Below, piece by piece: positions 1 through 14,471 of a stretch of 64,000 nt of DNA. Numbering within the stretch: position 1 is the first letter of the stretch; the number at the start of each line of letters is the position of its first letter. Source of the DNA: Lytechinus pictus (lineage: Eukaryota); assembly GCF_037042905.1 (NCBI RefSeq), contig NC_087251.1, positions 43,960,001-44,024,000 of the forward strand, given 5' to 3'. Below the pieces are notes generated by a model. The model did not search any database. It saw only the letters and a program-made list of their open reading frames with translations, and was not told where the DNA came from. The translations under genes were made by a program, and so were the position numbers.

Positions 1-243
1 CTCACTCTCTGAACGTACCGTACGTGCATATCGGGCTAGCCCAGGCGCCCAGCCTCGGCGGCCTAACCGTAGTGTCCAGTGCATGCCGCGCTGTGGTCGG
101 TCGTGCGTATGTAAGAATCGTTTACGGAGGCGGCCGCCACATCCGAGGGATCCGTACGACGAGAAGAAAGGGAATAAGATGGACATATAAAGTGCGGTCT
201 GACTCTTTTGTTTTCAATATTCGCTGTACAATAATCAACCAAG
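1..243 (+). promoter_or_regulatory. CpG-rich promoter/5'UTR region of LCLAT1
   Basis: Locally high GC and CpG content just upstream of the ATG, against an AT-rich background. Confidence 0.5.
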
Positions 244-414
244 ATGAATTACCTAAAATTGAAGGGTTTCGGGGCACTATTTCTTTCCTTTTCATCGGCG
301 TTTGTGGGTTCCGTTTTACTGATGGGCCCGGTGCTACCGCTCATGATCCTCGCCCCCCAGGTTTACCGGCGACTAACGGACCTAATCATTGGAATGTGGC
401 TCGCTTTGCCCATG
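244..414 (+). CDS. LCLAT1: LCLAT1-like acyltransferase, coding exon 1 (MNYLK...WLALPM, 57 codons, phase 0)
   Basis: ATG at 244. The hydrophobic N-terminus resembles that of LCLAT1 (..YRRLTDLIIGMWLALP). Strong donor ATG|GTAAGT at 415. CpG-rich upstream sequence. Confidence 0.9.
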
Positions 415-614
415 GTAAGTTATTCGGGTGAAAGTGCAATGATTGAAGTGTTGGATTTGAAATCAAACTGACATTTATTTTGATTATAATGACTCAAGTT
501 TAACATTATGTTTGCTAAAACTTCTAAAAGGAATAACAGTGTCTACCACTTGAACTTTGATTATCATAATAATATGAACTAGATTTTAATTCGTCATCAT
601 CGTCATGCAGACGA

Positions 615-2167
615 ATTAGGTGGTCTGTCGTAGAAAGATAAATATTGATTAACAGACATAATTATTTAAACAAATGGCATGAATGGGTAGATATTAGATT
701 GAAAGATAAATAGACAGTCAGATAGACATACATATTTAAACAGATACACATAAGAAAGATAGATAAATAGATGGATGGAGAGATAAATGATAAGTGGATA
801 GATGAATAATTAAAAGAAAGGTTGATAAATTATATCTTGATATATAGATAGACAGATAGATAGATAATGATTATGATTGATGACAAAAATTACGATGATG
901 ATGAGGATGATGATAATGTGGCGGTCCTCCGTCTTGGAACGGGTCCTGGATGCTGTAGCCAGGCGGCTTCTTGAGAGTAAAAATTATTTACTAACGTATG
1001 CTTACTCTCAATGAAGCCAGGGAGTCCTTCCTATTCATCTGCGTGTACCGCAAAAAACCCTGAAACTTTCGCCCCCGAGATTTCTACTTCTAAAACATCT
1101 AGCCATAAATCAAGTACATGGGATAAAAACTTAATTTCCGACATTTCTACGCTCTCGGTTTTATTTTTAAACAAGAATTCATTTTAAAAAATGAGAAAAA
1201 TATTGTGAAAAGACGGTTCAAGAGACTTGCCCGATGTTTACGCCGCCATCTTGTTTCCTATTGTACTTCCCCAACGTTACGCGATGCACGCGTCCTTGAA
1301 AATTTACCAATATTCAAGGAGTTAGAGCAAAATTTGCATAAATTTGATGACGTCATTTTTGACAAAATGAAATTTTCAGTTTAGGCGCGATTTTGATGAC
1401 GTCATGATCAAATTGAGGGACAATGGTGACATGTAATAAAATCTACAACTCATACTCTATCGATATGAAAAAAAAATTGGGGGTCAACGGACTATTTAAA
1501 GAGCTAAGTACAGTGAATTTTTAATAGGCATGTTTTGCCCATATAGAGCCTAAGGGAAGAGCTCGCGCGCACGCGTGCTGCAAACTTTGATGGGTGCTCA
1601 TTCCCTCATTAATGATCATAGAGAGCTGATCGAGGTATCAATTTGATCAGAATTATATCAATAACAAAACAGATACGCATAGAAAAAAGAGCAAATTTAT
1701 GCTGCGTAAGACCGTTACGCACGAAAACGCGCACATATGTGCGCACGCGCAAAATGTTGAAATGCTTAAAATGACCTGAAATGTACCCCAAAATTTGTAT
1801 AGGCCATTATGAGAATTTTTTAGCTTTGACACGCGCGTCATGACCTTTACATGACCTTTGATGACATTGACAGACGACCTTTGACCTTAAGTTTATTTGA
1901 TGTAAATATATGATTGATTATCCGTTATGTTGATATGATCAAATTAAGAATTTTACAAAATGGCGCGTAGATGATGTCATCATGACCAGATGACCTTGAA
2001 AAGCTTAGTATGCCGTCTCTATGATAGACTCTAAATATGACAGAAAAATCAGCCAAATTGATTCAGCCAATTTGGAGAAAAGTTGGCGACAAACATAGTT
2101 GCCAAGAATAAATAAAGAAAATTCTGACGAAATTAAGAGGTGATCTGTCATAGACAGACCACCTAAT
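615..2167. mobile_element. Non-autonomous Helentron/HINE (Pearl-like) or foldback element
   Basis: 15-bp inverted repeat ATTAGGTGGTCTGTC (615-629) / GACAGACCACCTAAT (2153-2167). Terminal hairpin AGGTGATCTGTC-ata-GACAGACCACCT. Degenerate (GATA)n at ~685-865 and TGACCTTTGACC-type motifs at ~1840-1890. Confidence 0.45.
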
Positions 2168-2979
2168 GAAACTGAAAGCAAAATTGAATTTCACGATAAA
2201 TAGCCGCCTGTCAGCCATTATATATTATTAGTCTACAATTTTAGATCTAGACTGCAAAAATAATTGTTCTCATCACTGCACACCATTGCACTTATATTCT
2301 TGTCAGCTTCCTTCATGCTGCAACAAGTTTAGGAGGCAGTGGGGCATGATGAATTTCACTTGAGATTAATCATGATCAGATGATTGTCTTTTTAATTTCA
2401 CAAACAATTAAGTTGATAATGTTCCTTATATTTTTAAGAGAAAGTGTGCCAAAAATCTCATAAAAGTTTGAGAGAAATACTGTACATGTACCGTATATGA
2501 TTTTCTTGTAAAGAACCTTTGCCAGTCATTTTCAGATTGAACAAAAAGATTGTGCTCCATGCATGTCTGAGCTGCGCACCCATTCTTTTTACACACAATT
2601 TGGGAATTTTGATGAGAAAGGCTGCATATTGAGGTGAAATGCCCAAAATTCATCATTTTTCCACCATTTTGAGTCAGATTTTTTAACGAATATCTTTCTT
2701 TGTAAGGTTTCAAAATTCAAAAAATGGTTATCCATTTCATTAAGTGATTGCAAGTTATTCTAGGAGTTTGAAAGTAGAAATATTATTCAGAAACATTTTC
2801 AATATTTCAGATTTAAATTCTAAGCTTTTTTTCTATGCCTTTGAATAGATACATGTAAGTTTAAATCATACATGTTTACGTGTAGTTAATATAAATCTGA
2901 AAGTTGTCGTGTGAGCCATACGTACCTCAGTTTTTAGCTGTACACGAAAATTGCTTGACTCGCTCGAATATAAGTCTGA

Positions 2980-3338
2980 TTTCATAAACCCAATTATGCG
3001 GCTAATAGCAGCATAATTTGGTCGTAAAATCGGAGGAGGACCAGAGTTATCCGCATTATTTTGATGCTGCAATTATCCGCATAATAGATTTTGACTTTAT
3101 GAACGCATTTTCAAATAATGCGGATAATTGCCATGGTGCAGTCACAAGGTCACCCTTTTCCAACACAACCGCATCGGAGGGGGCGTGTGCAGTTGTCATG
3201 ACGATTATCCGCCTTTTTCAGGACGGGCGCTCGTAAAAATAGTGCGGATTATTTTCGGAGTTTGTGAACGCAATTTTTATTGAATTATCCGCATTACTCT
3301 TAGGCGGCTAATTAGAGGATGGGTTTATGAAAGGGGTA
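2980..3338 (+). mobile_element. MITE family A, copy 1 (one TIR truncated), PIF/Harbinger-like
   Basis: Near-identical inverted copy of 11002-11399 and 20118-20517. TIR TACCCCTTTCATAAACCCA. Confidence 0.85.
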
Positions 3339-5384
3339 TGAAAGTCTTGTGAACCATACATGTACATGTTTTGTGTAAGAAGTAGTGTCTCCATGTTATA
3401 TTCTTAGTTGTACATGAAGATCGCTTGACTCGCTCAAAATTATTGCCTGGTGTACATGTACATGGAGCTTTTCAGTTTCACTTAATTAATTTCAGTGAGA
3501 GTGATGTACATGTACCGGTACTCTAAGTCGAATTGTGTGAGTCATTGCATACCGGTACATGTAGGATTTATGAGATGCTCATTCAGATGATTCAGAGATG
3601 ATATCATCATACCTGTATTGCCTTTAAATACTGCATCGATTGATTATTGAATTAAGCTCTTTGCTGCTTTAAATGAGATTAATGTTCTGACTCTTGGAAA
3701 TGCATTCCTATACGTAGTAAATGTACAGTGTAGGTAAATGGTTAACTCTTACTATGCCAGGCCCAATACCCCTCTAGTGCCAGGGATATTCGAGGGAATC
3801 CTAAATTGACCGAAACGTAAGCAGAGACTGATTTTAAAACGGTCATAACTCTTTACCCGTACGTTGTATAATGAAACCTTCTTCACATGAAATGATGCAT
3901 GGTTCATGGTCTTTATGATCATGTTATGACCTTTCATATTTGAAATCGGAAAAATTGAGAAAAGATGAAATATTTTACATCGTTTTTTTTCAATAAGTAA
4001 AACCTGAAAAAATATGATTTCATTAACATTTCAAAGAGTAAATAACCTGAGTAATTGTAGAGATACCAAAAAATTAAGAAGATAAAATGAAAGTTCAATG
4101 TTTACCCTTTCAAATGACGTATCTATTGATGAAATTGAACAAACAGAAATATGAAAAATAATGCTCTTTTTAATGAAATACTATTTTGCTATTCAAGTTA
4201 TTTCCTCTGAAATGTGAGAGGGTTTATACACACGAAATTGAAACCGACCTTTCCATAAAAGGGCATTGTCGTCGATCAAGTGACCAATCACAGCACAGCT
4301 GCGATCCCCACGCAAACACACATAATAATAGATTAGAGACATGTATCTTCACAGTGCAGCCAACCGTACCCTTACATTCGTGTAGTCTTCAAAACAAGAC
4401 CCTGTCATTTTTCAGAATGCGCGGTATTCCGAAACAACCGCTATGGGGGAAACAAAATTATTAGCGCAGTGTAAATTTTATGTCATTTCAATTCTTGTCA
4501 ATATTGTCGTACTGCAAAACATGTTTTAGAAAATCGTAACCTGGATACGATTTGTGGTGTGCGATGCACTCAACTATATACTGTTTTGGATAATGTAGGC
4601 GATTTCTATCCAGTGTCGGCAACAAACATTTGCGACCCACTCAACTGTCGTTCTAAAGCATGAATCAGTGTAAAGTTTGGTCATATTTTGTCAGGGTCGA
4701 TTCGTCGTACATACTATACGGGCTTTCGTACTGTAACAAAGTTATTGCCAGTCAGAAGGAGACAAAATATAGAAAACTAAAGATGATATATTGAAATATA
4801 GATAAAGAGGGATCGGACAGATTCAATACTAACAGGTTTGGGGTGTAAAATCCCACAACATAATATGGGCGTTCTTGGCAAAGTACACAGAACTAAGAAA
4901 AAAATGTTTATTTTTCGTGAATCAAGAAGAAGAAATGCAGATCAGTTACAAACTAAAAATTCAATACAAATTTTCAAAAAGAAAATAGGCCTATTGGTTC
5001 TATATTTCTGGTCTGACCCCCCCCCCCCCACCTCGCCTAAAAAAAATGTGAGGTCAGGTGGAAATGTTTATGTTGACTTTTAGCCCTTTTTGTGGTGACC
5101 AAGGTTGAATACAAAATTAAATGTATTTATTACAAAACATAATTCTAGCATAATATTCATACGTTATCATTATTACGTAACTAACTGATCTCACATCTCT
5201 CTCTCTCTTTCCATCTATCTATCTATACATCTCTCGTAATCTCTGGACTCTCTCTCCTTTCTTTTTCATCTCGTGTTTTTTTTTTTCACTTTTATTTTAC
5301 TTTTATACCTTTGCATAGATTCTGTGCTTTAATGATAAATGATAATTTACAGTGAGCTAATAAATTATAATGAGAGTATCAAAA

Positions 5385-5494
5385 CTACTACTACTACTAA
5401 CTACTACTACTACTACTATTACTACTACTACTACTACTACTTCTATTACTACTACTACTACTACAACCACTACTACTACTACTACTACTTCTAT

Positions 5495-5539
<45 letters not shown>

Positions 5540-5586
5540 CACTACTACTACTACTTCTACTACTACTACTACTACTACTACTACTA

Positions 5587-5652
<66 letters not shown>

Positions 5653-5703
5653 TACTACTACTATTACTACTACTACTACTACTACTACCACACTACAACT
5701 ACT
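5385..5703. repeat. (CTA)n microsatellite
   Basis: Directly visible. Source of the poly-Y/T/V ORFs. Confidence 0.97.
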
Positions 5704-7460
5704 TTTTACAGCAGTACAAAAACTGGGTGTCCTGGTCGGTCAAATGAATCGCTTAAAATATTATTAACGTTGATATTTGTGAACACTCATTTTAAAACTG
5801 TCTAAAAAATGTTAATGTTGAGCCGTTTTGAAGTAAGAGACCCCCCCCCCCCCCCCCCCCGGCTTCCAGGGTAACCAAAATTAAGATAAATATAATGAAC
5901 AATTACGCAATTAGAATTTTGTGATTACAGTCATTATAAGACTGGTATTCTGACAATTTAAAGACTGTAATCTGGGCCAACTATGCATCTCGTACATGCC
6001 AAGGAATGGACAATAGATGCCGGATATTCTTTTTCGTGTGGATAATATAATGCAATATAAATATGAAAATATAATGGCAATTTTAGACAAGAAAAGGGCC
6101 CCATTGCATATTATGTCTTTGAATAATTGATTATTTTCAAACTTTAGGCTTCATTCATTCCGCAAGCGAGCATACATAGCAAGCGGTTTGAAAAAAAGGC
6201 AACTGTCTACGTCGACATGCCAGGAAGCCCAATGGGATCTCTATTTGATATAAAATCGTAGCTGAACAGTGAAAGAACGATAAACAGAACAGGTAAAATT
6301 CACTCTGGATATTTCATGATGGGGGTGAAATATTAATTATATCTGCTTCGGTATTAAAAAGAATAATCTTCGACCAAAGTAACCACCTGTCTGATAGCGA
6401 CTACATTTTTATTGTTCATGCCACCAAGTCATGAACAATAGCTGCCCAGACTCCCTTTCATGAGGAATGTCTAATCCGCACTCCCTCCTGACCTATTATC
6501 GAGGAGAGCAATTTAGCACAGGATGTTCATAGAAATCGGGCCACGCGCGCGTCTTTTGATTTGACAATTTAATACTTTCAAAGGTTCCGATACGAACAAT
6601 AGCTTTTCTCTCCCCAACACCTTCCATTGACTTATTGCCATTAAAGTATATAGTTTTTATTCAAATATTTGTTTCGACTTTAAGACATTTAGCATCGACA
6701 ATATACGTCAAATGTCCTGTAATCTAAATGATGATGATGATGATGATGATAGGGATGATGGTAAAGATGGCATGGATAATGTCGAGAATGATAACAAGAA
6801 ATCACGGGGAAAACAAAACACCTCCACCACCACGACCACCAGCACAAACACTGGCATCGTTACTTCCACTTATCAAAAGCATAAAGAAAAACAAATAGTT
6901 TAAAATAATTAAATTTAATTGTAGCTGAAGCCTATTTTGCATATTTAGAAATAAAGGATAAAGATGAGATTTAAGATTGAAGAAATGTATAGGCTATAGT
7001 CCTTGACAAATCAAAAATACAGGAAATTGAAAGATAAAAGGGGAAACAGAAATAACGAAGCAATGGGGTGTGAAGGTAGAAATTACTAACAATTTGTAGA
7101 AATTTAGATCTTTATATTTTGTTGAACCTTATGATTGTTTATTCAAATAATATGTTTGTAATGGATCATCCGATATCAGAAAAGTAAGATATTGCTTTCG
7201 ACAATATCAGAAATTATATTTTCTACACCTCTTTATTTGTGATATTTATAATTACCCCGTCATTAAAAATATCAATCTAGTAAGGATTAATTTTACTTCC
7301 CCTTCCCTGAAATAAATTATTAAATGGACATTATTTGCTGTTCAAATGATATATAAGTGACACCACTAAATTTCTTTATACCGTGCATTGTCAATATTCA
7401 TGCGGTAGGACTTATGCACAATCATCATACTCGATAAGTTAGTACATATCACATTTCCAA

Positions 7461-8635
7461 TTATCAAATTTGCTTGATATATTATTATTTTTTTCATTTA
7501 GTAGTAATCCAGTTTATGCTTCCAGATTTACCATATGAGCTCAGCGTGTAGGGAAATATACCAATTATCTTTTTGCTGGCAAAAAGGGAGAAACAAAAGA
7601 AAGCGGAACATCGGAAGAAATTATGCATTGATTGATATAAATTATTTCTCGCTAATAAAACAAATGAGGAAGAATAAAAAAAAACGCATTACGGAAAATG
7701 CATGACATTCACAGAATTTTGTAATTAAAAGATCATGAAAAGTGCGTTTACTCGCTTGATTCGCTCACTCCCATTTTCTCTTTTTTTTTTCCTTACACAC
7801 ATCATACTTTTTATTTCGCCCTTGCCACATTGACAACATATATTTTGTTGATGCTCAAAATAATATTTAGGTTTCTTTCTGTAACCGATGCAAATTTGAT
7901 GTTTACTTTTTCCACCAAACTTGGTACGTAATTTGGTGTTGTTATCAAATTTGCTTGATTCATTTTTTCATTTAGTAGTATATGATATCAGATTTGACAT
8001 ATGAGCTCAGCGTGTAGGGGAATTTACCCATCATCTTTTTGCACGCAAAAAGGGAGAAAGAAAAGAAAGCGAATCATCGGAAGAAATTATACATTGATTA
8101 ATATACGTTATTTCTCGCTAATTAAACAAATGAGGAAGAATGGACAAAAAAAAACGCATTGCGGAAAATGCATGACATTCACAGAATTTTGTAAATAAAA
8201 GATCATGAAAAGTGCGTTTACTCGCTTGATTCGCTCACTCCCATTTTCTCCTTTTTTTTTCCTTACACACATCATACTTTTTATTTCGCCCTTGCCACAT
8301 TGACAACATATATTTTGTTGATGATCAAAATAATATTTAGGTTTCTTTCTGTAACCGATGCAAATTTGATGCTTATTTTTTCCACCAAACTTGGTACGTA
8401 ATTTGGTGTTGTTATCAAATTTGCTTGATTCATTTTTTTTCATTTAGTAGTATATGATATCAGATTTGACATAAGAGCTCAGCGTGTAGGGGAATTTACC
8501 CATCATCTTTTTGCTGGCATAAAGGGAGAAACAAAAGAAAGCGGATCATCGGAAGAAATTATACATTGATTAATATACGTTATTTCTCGCTAATAAAACA
8601 AATGAGGAAGAATGGACAAAAAAAAACGCATTGCA
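7461..8635. repeat. ~470-480-bp tandem repeat, ~2.5 copies
   Basis: TTATCAAATTTGCTTGAT recurs at 7461, 7942 and 8412 with near-identical downstream sequence. Confidence 0.9.
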
Positions 8636-8770
8636 AAATATTACTAAACTTTGAAACTCAATAACTTTGTTATTTGTTATCCGATTTTGATGAAATGTTC
8701 GGTATTTTGCTCAGTGAATTCTGCTTTGTATATAAAACTATAAATACATTCAGCCGGGACCATCCCTTTT
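8636..8770. mobile_element. Truncated Kolobok-like MITE family B end
   Basis: Matches the right end of 36070-36639 (…GGACCATCCCTTT). Confidence 0.7.
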
Positions 8771-11001
8771 ATACTAAGAAGAAGGTGAAAGAGAAGAATA
8801 ATGATAATAATAATTATAATAACAATAACAATAATGATAATAATAATTATAATAATAGTAATACTAATAGTGATAATATTAATAACAATAATAAATGAAT
8901 AAATAAATAATGAGTGTGATGATTGCAGTGCGCAGACGAGAGTTGGAAATGACAGGCTTCTTTACTCATATATTTATAACGAGAACAATTTTGTGACAAT
9001 GCTAAAAACAATGTATAAGACCTTTCCCCCGCCCCCCCCCCAAAAAAAAAAAAAATTTAAAAAAAAATCCCGAAACCGTGCACATTTGCAGGCAGAAAAA
9101 AGCCTTGACACAAGAATACTACCATACTGGCCTGCAAAAGACCCGATCGATAGCTCATGAATATTCATGTAACAATAGCGAATGGGCGAGTAGTGTTGGG
9201 TGAGGAACATCGTACCGCTCGGTCATTGGTCAATTCCGAGCTGAATGTCTTTGCACATTCGCCTTTGCTCTGCCCATAGAGGTACGTGTATTGCTACACA
9301 CAACCGTTATATCACACGTGTCAATAGGGGAAATCTTGATTCAGATCGCAGCAATATCCAAAATCAACTCTTGAAAATAATGATGCAAAAATACAATTTT
9401 ACTCAAAAAATGTCTATGTAAACCACTATTTTTCATATGATAAAATGAATTGTGAATTCCTGGTCAGTATAACAACATAAAAAACAGAGAATATGGTGTT
9501 GATTTTCTGGCTGTAAAATTGGTTAAAAAAAAAAAAGTTATCTGGGCACGTATACGTGCCAATGGCATTAGAGGGCTAAGGGCACGCATAGCTGCCAACG
9601 GCATTTAAAGAGTTAATGGTATTAAAAATGGTAGTGATTTTTTACCCGATTCCTAAGAAAGCAAGAATGGACATGTGCACATGTTTGTTTGATTAAAGGG
9701 GGAGTGAACTGTGTGTGGTCTCTCATTGACTGTGTGTTATAAATACATAGTCTTAAAATATACATTTTCAGATATCTACTACATGTAATACTTCAGAGAA
9801 TAAATTGACATATAATTGTATTTTGTTTAGAGAAACTAAAATGTTTTGAGAGGAAAAGTAATTGTTTTTCTACTTGGTATTACATAATTATTGCGGTATA
9901 AATGTATTGAGTAGTTAATTAGCATGTTGTCATTCAAGTGGGTCTATATTACTAGACTACATTAGCATTATGGGTCGGGACACTGGCCAGGTATGAGTAG
10001 TTGAGGACTCGAGATGGCGCTATTGGTTCGTATCTGCTTTAAGAGTGTTTATTATTCATAATCCATTTATTTATGAACCATTCACTTCCCCGAGACTGTT
10101 ACCGTTGCCATTTTGGAATAACTGTTAAAAATCTGAAACTGTGTACCATCTGCCCATCCAGAAAATGAAGGTCTGAAAACAATAGGGGGACCAAGCATTG
10201 TGGTTTCCTATGATCAGCTTAAGTACATGTAGCCTTGTCATTTTTATTTACTGATGGGATAATAGATGACCTTTGAATGAGCAGCGAGCACTGCATCTCT
10301 TCAGGGATGAGTCTGTAGTGTAGACCAATTGAATTCATTTGTTTATTCACCACTCATTGTTAGATCGGCCCTGTAAGGTAGCTATTTTTTTTTTTTTTTT
10401 TTTTTACAAAGGAACCCAATCCAAGGTAAATTATCAAGAAGCATTATTTTGAAAAACATTCATTCATTGTGTCATTGCTCTCATATTAAATTGCCTACAT
10501 GTATGCTTTGATTAATGCATCAAAATACTTAGAAGGAAAAAAACAACAATGAGAAAATATGAATTGTATGCAGATGAAGGTATTGATGTTTGAACAAATA
10601 AATTTGAGAGTATGCTTTAAAAAAATAATTCTTTTGTCAGAGCTCTTTATCTTGTACATGTACCTGTCTGGCTACGTGTACGGAACAGTGCGGAAATAGG
10701 GCATACATGTACATGTACATGTACATGTAGTGGTCAAATTTAGATATCTATCCATGGACAGTAAAATGTATTTTTACATAAAATTACAGTATTAGCACTC
10801 CATAACAAATGTTACCCTAACAAGTACAATTGCAACCCTTCTAATTTGTGCCGTGAAAGGGTCTACAACAAAGACAAGTATTCCATTAAGTCTTATGTAC
10901 ATTATTGAACATATCAACAACCTCTTTGTAAATACTACCTACGCCCCCAGTATGAAAGCAAAACCAGACACAAGCCTACAGTGTAATAAAAAGTAGTTTT
11001 A

Positions 11002-11399
11002 TACCCCGTTCATAAACCCAATAAAACCTCCTCCAATTAGCCGCCTAAGAGTGATGCGGATAATTCAATAAAAATTGCGTTCACAAACTCCGAAAATTAT
11101 CCGCATTATTTTTACGAGCGCCGGTCCTGAAAAAGGCGGATAATCGTCATGACAACTGGACACGCCCCCTCCGATGCGGTTGCGTTGGAAAAGGGTGACT
11201 TTGTGACCGCACCATGGCAATTATCCGCATTATTTGGAAATACGTTCATAAACTCAAAATCTTGTCCCGATGCCGCTATTATGCGGATAATAGCAGCATC
11301 AGAATAATGCGGATAACTCTTGTCCTCTTCTGATTTTACGACCAAATTATGCTGCTATTAGCCGCATAATTGGGTTTTATTGGGTTTATGAAAGGGGTA
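11002..11399 (-). mobile_element. MITE family A, copy 2
   Basis: TIRs TACCCCGTTCATAAACCCAATAAAACC / GGTTTTATTGGGTTTATGAAAGGGGTA. TNA-type flanks (TTA left, TGA right). Confidence 0.88.
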
Positions 11400-13654
11400 T
11401 GAGATTGTTAATGTAAATATCTGTACAAAGAAGTTAGAGAATATTAGGGGATTTTTATTCTTATTAAAGTGAATTGGTTGTGTGTGTGTGGGGGGGGGGA
11501 TGGTGTCTACCAATTTAGCTTTGAAAAATCTAATCAAATTAAAGATAATTAAAGTTGTTGTTTTTTGTGTGTGTGTTTTAGCGATGCAGCAAAAATGCTT
11601 ATTTTGGTCTGCATCAATTGCCTGTACAATATGAGAGCGTATTCCAAAAAGGGCCGAAATCCAACGAATATCACGTAGGCTCCTGTACATACAAATCTTG
11701 CTGTTCAATGTGAGACCATATTCAACTGTAATCAACTGTCAAGGTTGCATACATGTGCGAATGGTTGAAATAAACAATGCGTCCCACAATGAACGTGATG
11801 CGATGCACAGCATGTACTCAATGATGTCATAATTAAAATGAATAGTAATATAATAAATCGCATTTCAACGATCATATTTTTTCTTAATAGGAAATGAGTC
11901 CATATTCATAATTGTGGTACTTGCTCAATCAAAATTTTCCCTCGGGGGGGGGGGGGGGGTATAGATAATAATAATTATATTAGATGGCTGTATTTCATGG
12001 AATACCAGAAATATTCCACTCGTTTAGGGCCAATATTTGTTCAAACTCTTGAAATATTTCTGGTATTCCCTTCTGAGCCGTCCAATATAATGTAATTATT
12101 TCATACATTTTCTTCTGATATTAAACAATAAAAATATTAAAGAATGGTAATGGACTGTATATATGTACAGTACATTTAGAGGGGATGCTTGCTGTGATTG
12201 CTTCACAAATTTATGACCATTTTGTATGGATGTTTGTCAAACTTTCATGTACATCCAATGTTTAGAACTTTCATTTTTCTCCTTTTTTACCAGCCTGATG
12301 TAAGGATAAACTACCTGTTTATGATGTGGGTCAAACAATTTTGAACTTAGTTAAGTACTGTAATATCTGAAGAAAAATATGGAACTTGAATCATGAAATT
12401 TGCAAGAATAGCGCTCGTAAAAATGTGTTTGTACTTTGTAAACCGCTGTTTTTGAATTGCCAGATGAGACTTTGGGTGTGTCCATTCATTGAGGAAGTAC
12501 ATATGTATATGATCAGGAATGATTAGAGTGCAGTGACCCTTAAAAAATTTCACTGATCACAACCAAGATAAGCCAGTTCACCGATAGCTTATGAATATGA
12601 TAAACTTTTCTCAATGACCTTTCCAATTTTTCATTTGGATGACCAATTTATTGCTTATTTTGGTACAAAGTGTTGGTAATTCACTCAAGACTGAGACCAA
12701 TATGTTCCCTATTTATGACAACCCTTTTTCATAGGTACATATTGTTAGTGTACATATAAATAAAAATATTATTTTTTGTCTAAAGTGGAGAAATTATCAG
12801 TAGGCTAATTTAATCGGTACCAGTGTTCTACATTGTAGCTAGGGCCTTTTTAGTGGTGGTCGCAATTCATAGCAATACAATTTTTTTAGGCTGAGTTAGT
12901 GGTCTTAAAGTGGAAAGAAAAGGTACATCACGTACATGTAATGACACCTGACATAAGCAAATCTCTGAAAATAGTCTAATATTCATCAAATATAAGAATG
13001 TTTAGTGTAAATATTACAAATAAAACAAGATTATAGATGGAAATCAATGCAAGTGCAATTTTACTTTGCAAGCTAGGAGCTGTTTGAAACACTTTTCATT
13101 TGAAATTTTAGTAGTGGTCAGAAATAGTGTTTTCAATGATGAGTGGTGGTCAGAAATCTTCTGTGCCAGTTTGGCCGACCACTGTGGCTATATCACTGTC
13201 AGCTACAACTGTAAGAAAAACAAATTAATTTCATGTACACATCACATGTACAGTATGGATAAACTTTAAAATTCTTGCGCAAAGTATATTTTGTATTTTT
13301 GTAATCTGTTCTGCACTCCAACTTATTTGTGTACAAGTATCATGATGTGTGTTCTGCTCTTAATACTGAACCTTACATGTACATGTACCTTAAACTTTTT
13401 TTTTTTACACCAATACATTGTCATTTAAAAAAAAAATATGTGCCTTCACTTCAGCGTGGAAGAGATGAAGGGAAAGTTGGTCGGTTGGTAGGGGGTAGGG
13501 CAAAGAAAGCTTAACAAAAGCTGAATTGTTTAGTGAACAAAGCAACCATTGATTATTTTGCATCAATTCAGTGTTGTATGTATATAAAATTCTTTTTGTT
13601 GATTTTTTTGGCATCTCTCCAAATACATGTAGTATGTGAAATGTACATGTACAG

Positions 13655-13825
13655 GTGGGTGTTTCATAAAGCTGTTCGTAAGTTAAGAGCGACTTTAAGA
13701 ACGACTGGTGATCCTTTCTTGTGGTAAATGGTATATACATTGGCGATGGTTTAGCGCGTAACAAAGGATCACCAGTCATTCTTAAAGTCACTCTTAACTT
13801 ACGAACAGCTTTATGAAACGGCCCC
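13655..13825. mobile_element. Short palindromic MITE (PIF/Harbinger-like, CAG TSD)
   Basis: GTTTCATAAAGCTGTTCGTAAGTTAAGAG… / …CTCTTAACTTACGAACAGCTTTATGAAAC. Related copy at ~35998-36735. Confidence 0.85.
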
Positions 13826-14471
13826 CAGGAGTGTTATTCTAATACACTACTGCAGCCCAACCATTAGTTGGGTCTGATGACTGCTTTCCTGCTTCTATGA
13901 AATAAACTTCCAGAAAGTATTTCTGAATTAATACAAGAAAAGTGCATTTAATAGAGCAATTGTAAAACCTGTTGATACCAAAGACTATACATTTACATGT
14001 TTGCAGATTATTAGGGTAGGTGTAGTTGTGAAATATGATGTACATGTATGCATTGCATGTAATTGTCAATAGTGGATAGAAATTTGTGGTACATTAATTT
14101 GATGATCTGTGAACAATTGCTAGTTGTATTTTGCAAGCATAATCTTTGATTGGTACTCGACCATTGTAACTTGGTTACTTGGTAATAATTTTTTTCAAGA
14201 GCTGTTTTGGTCAGTCCTAATGATCATTTTATTTTGCGATGAACATGTATGCTTGGACTTGTGTGTAGGATACTCTTTTTTTCTTTGAAAGTTTTAAAGG
14301 GAAAAATAAGAAGTTAAGAACACTCAACTATAATAGAATTTATTATTGTTAATATAATAATAATGATAATAATATTATCATTATTATTATTATTTATAAT
14401 TACTAATACTATCATTATTACTATTATTATTATTATCATTATTATTAGTAGTAGTAGGAGTAGTAGGTGTA

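Larger units (their letters stand above)
3746..9612. mobile_element. 5.9-kb non-autonomous piggyBac-like element
   Basis: TTAA at 3742-3745 and 9613-9616. Outer TIR CTCTTACTATGCC / GGCATTTAAAGAG. Inner IR CCCTCTAGTGCCA (3770-3782) / TGGCATTAGAGGG (9563-9575). Subterminal palindrome GGCACGTATACGTGCC. Confidence 0.6.

Noticed and set aside
415..433. Alternative exon 1 donor at 428 (G|GTGAAA) to fix the phase without a micro-exon
   Set aside because: Much weaker than GTAAGT at 415, and it gives VSYSE, one residue longer and a poorer match than SLME.
5339..5618. Poly-Tyr/Thr/Val ORFs
   Set aside because: Translation of the (CTA)n microsatellite.
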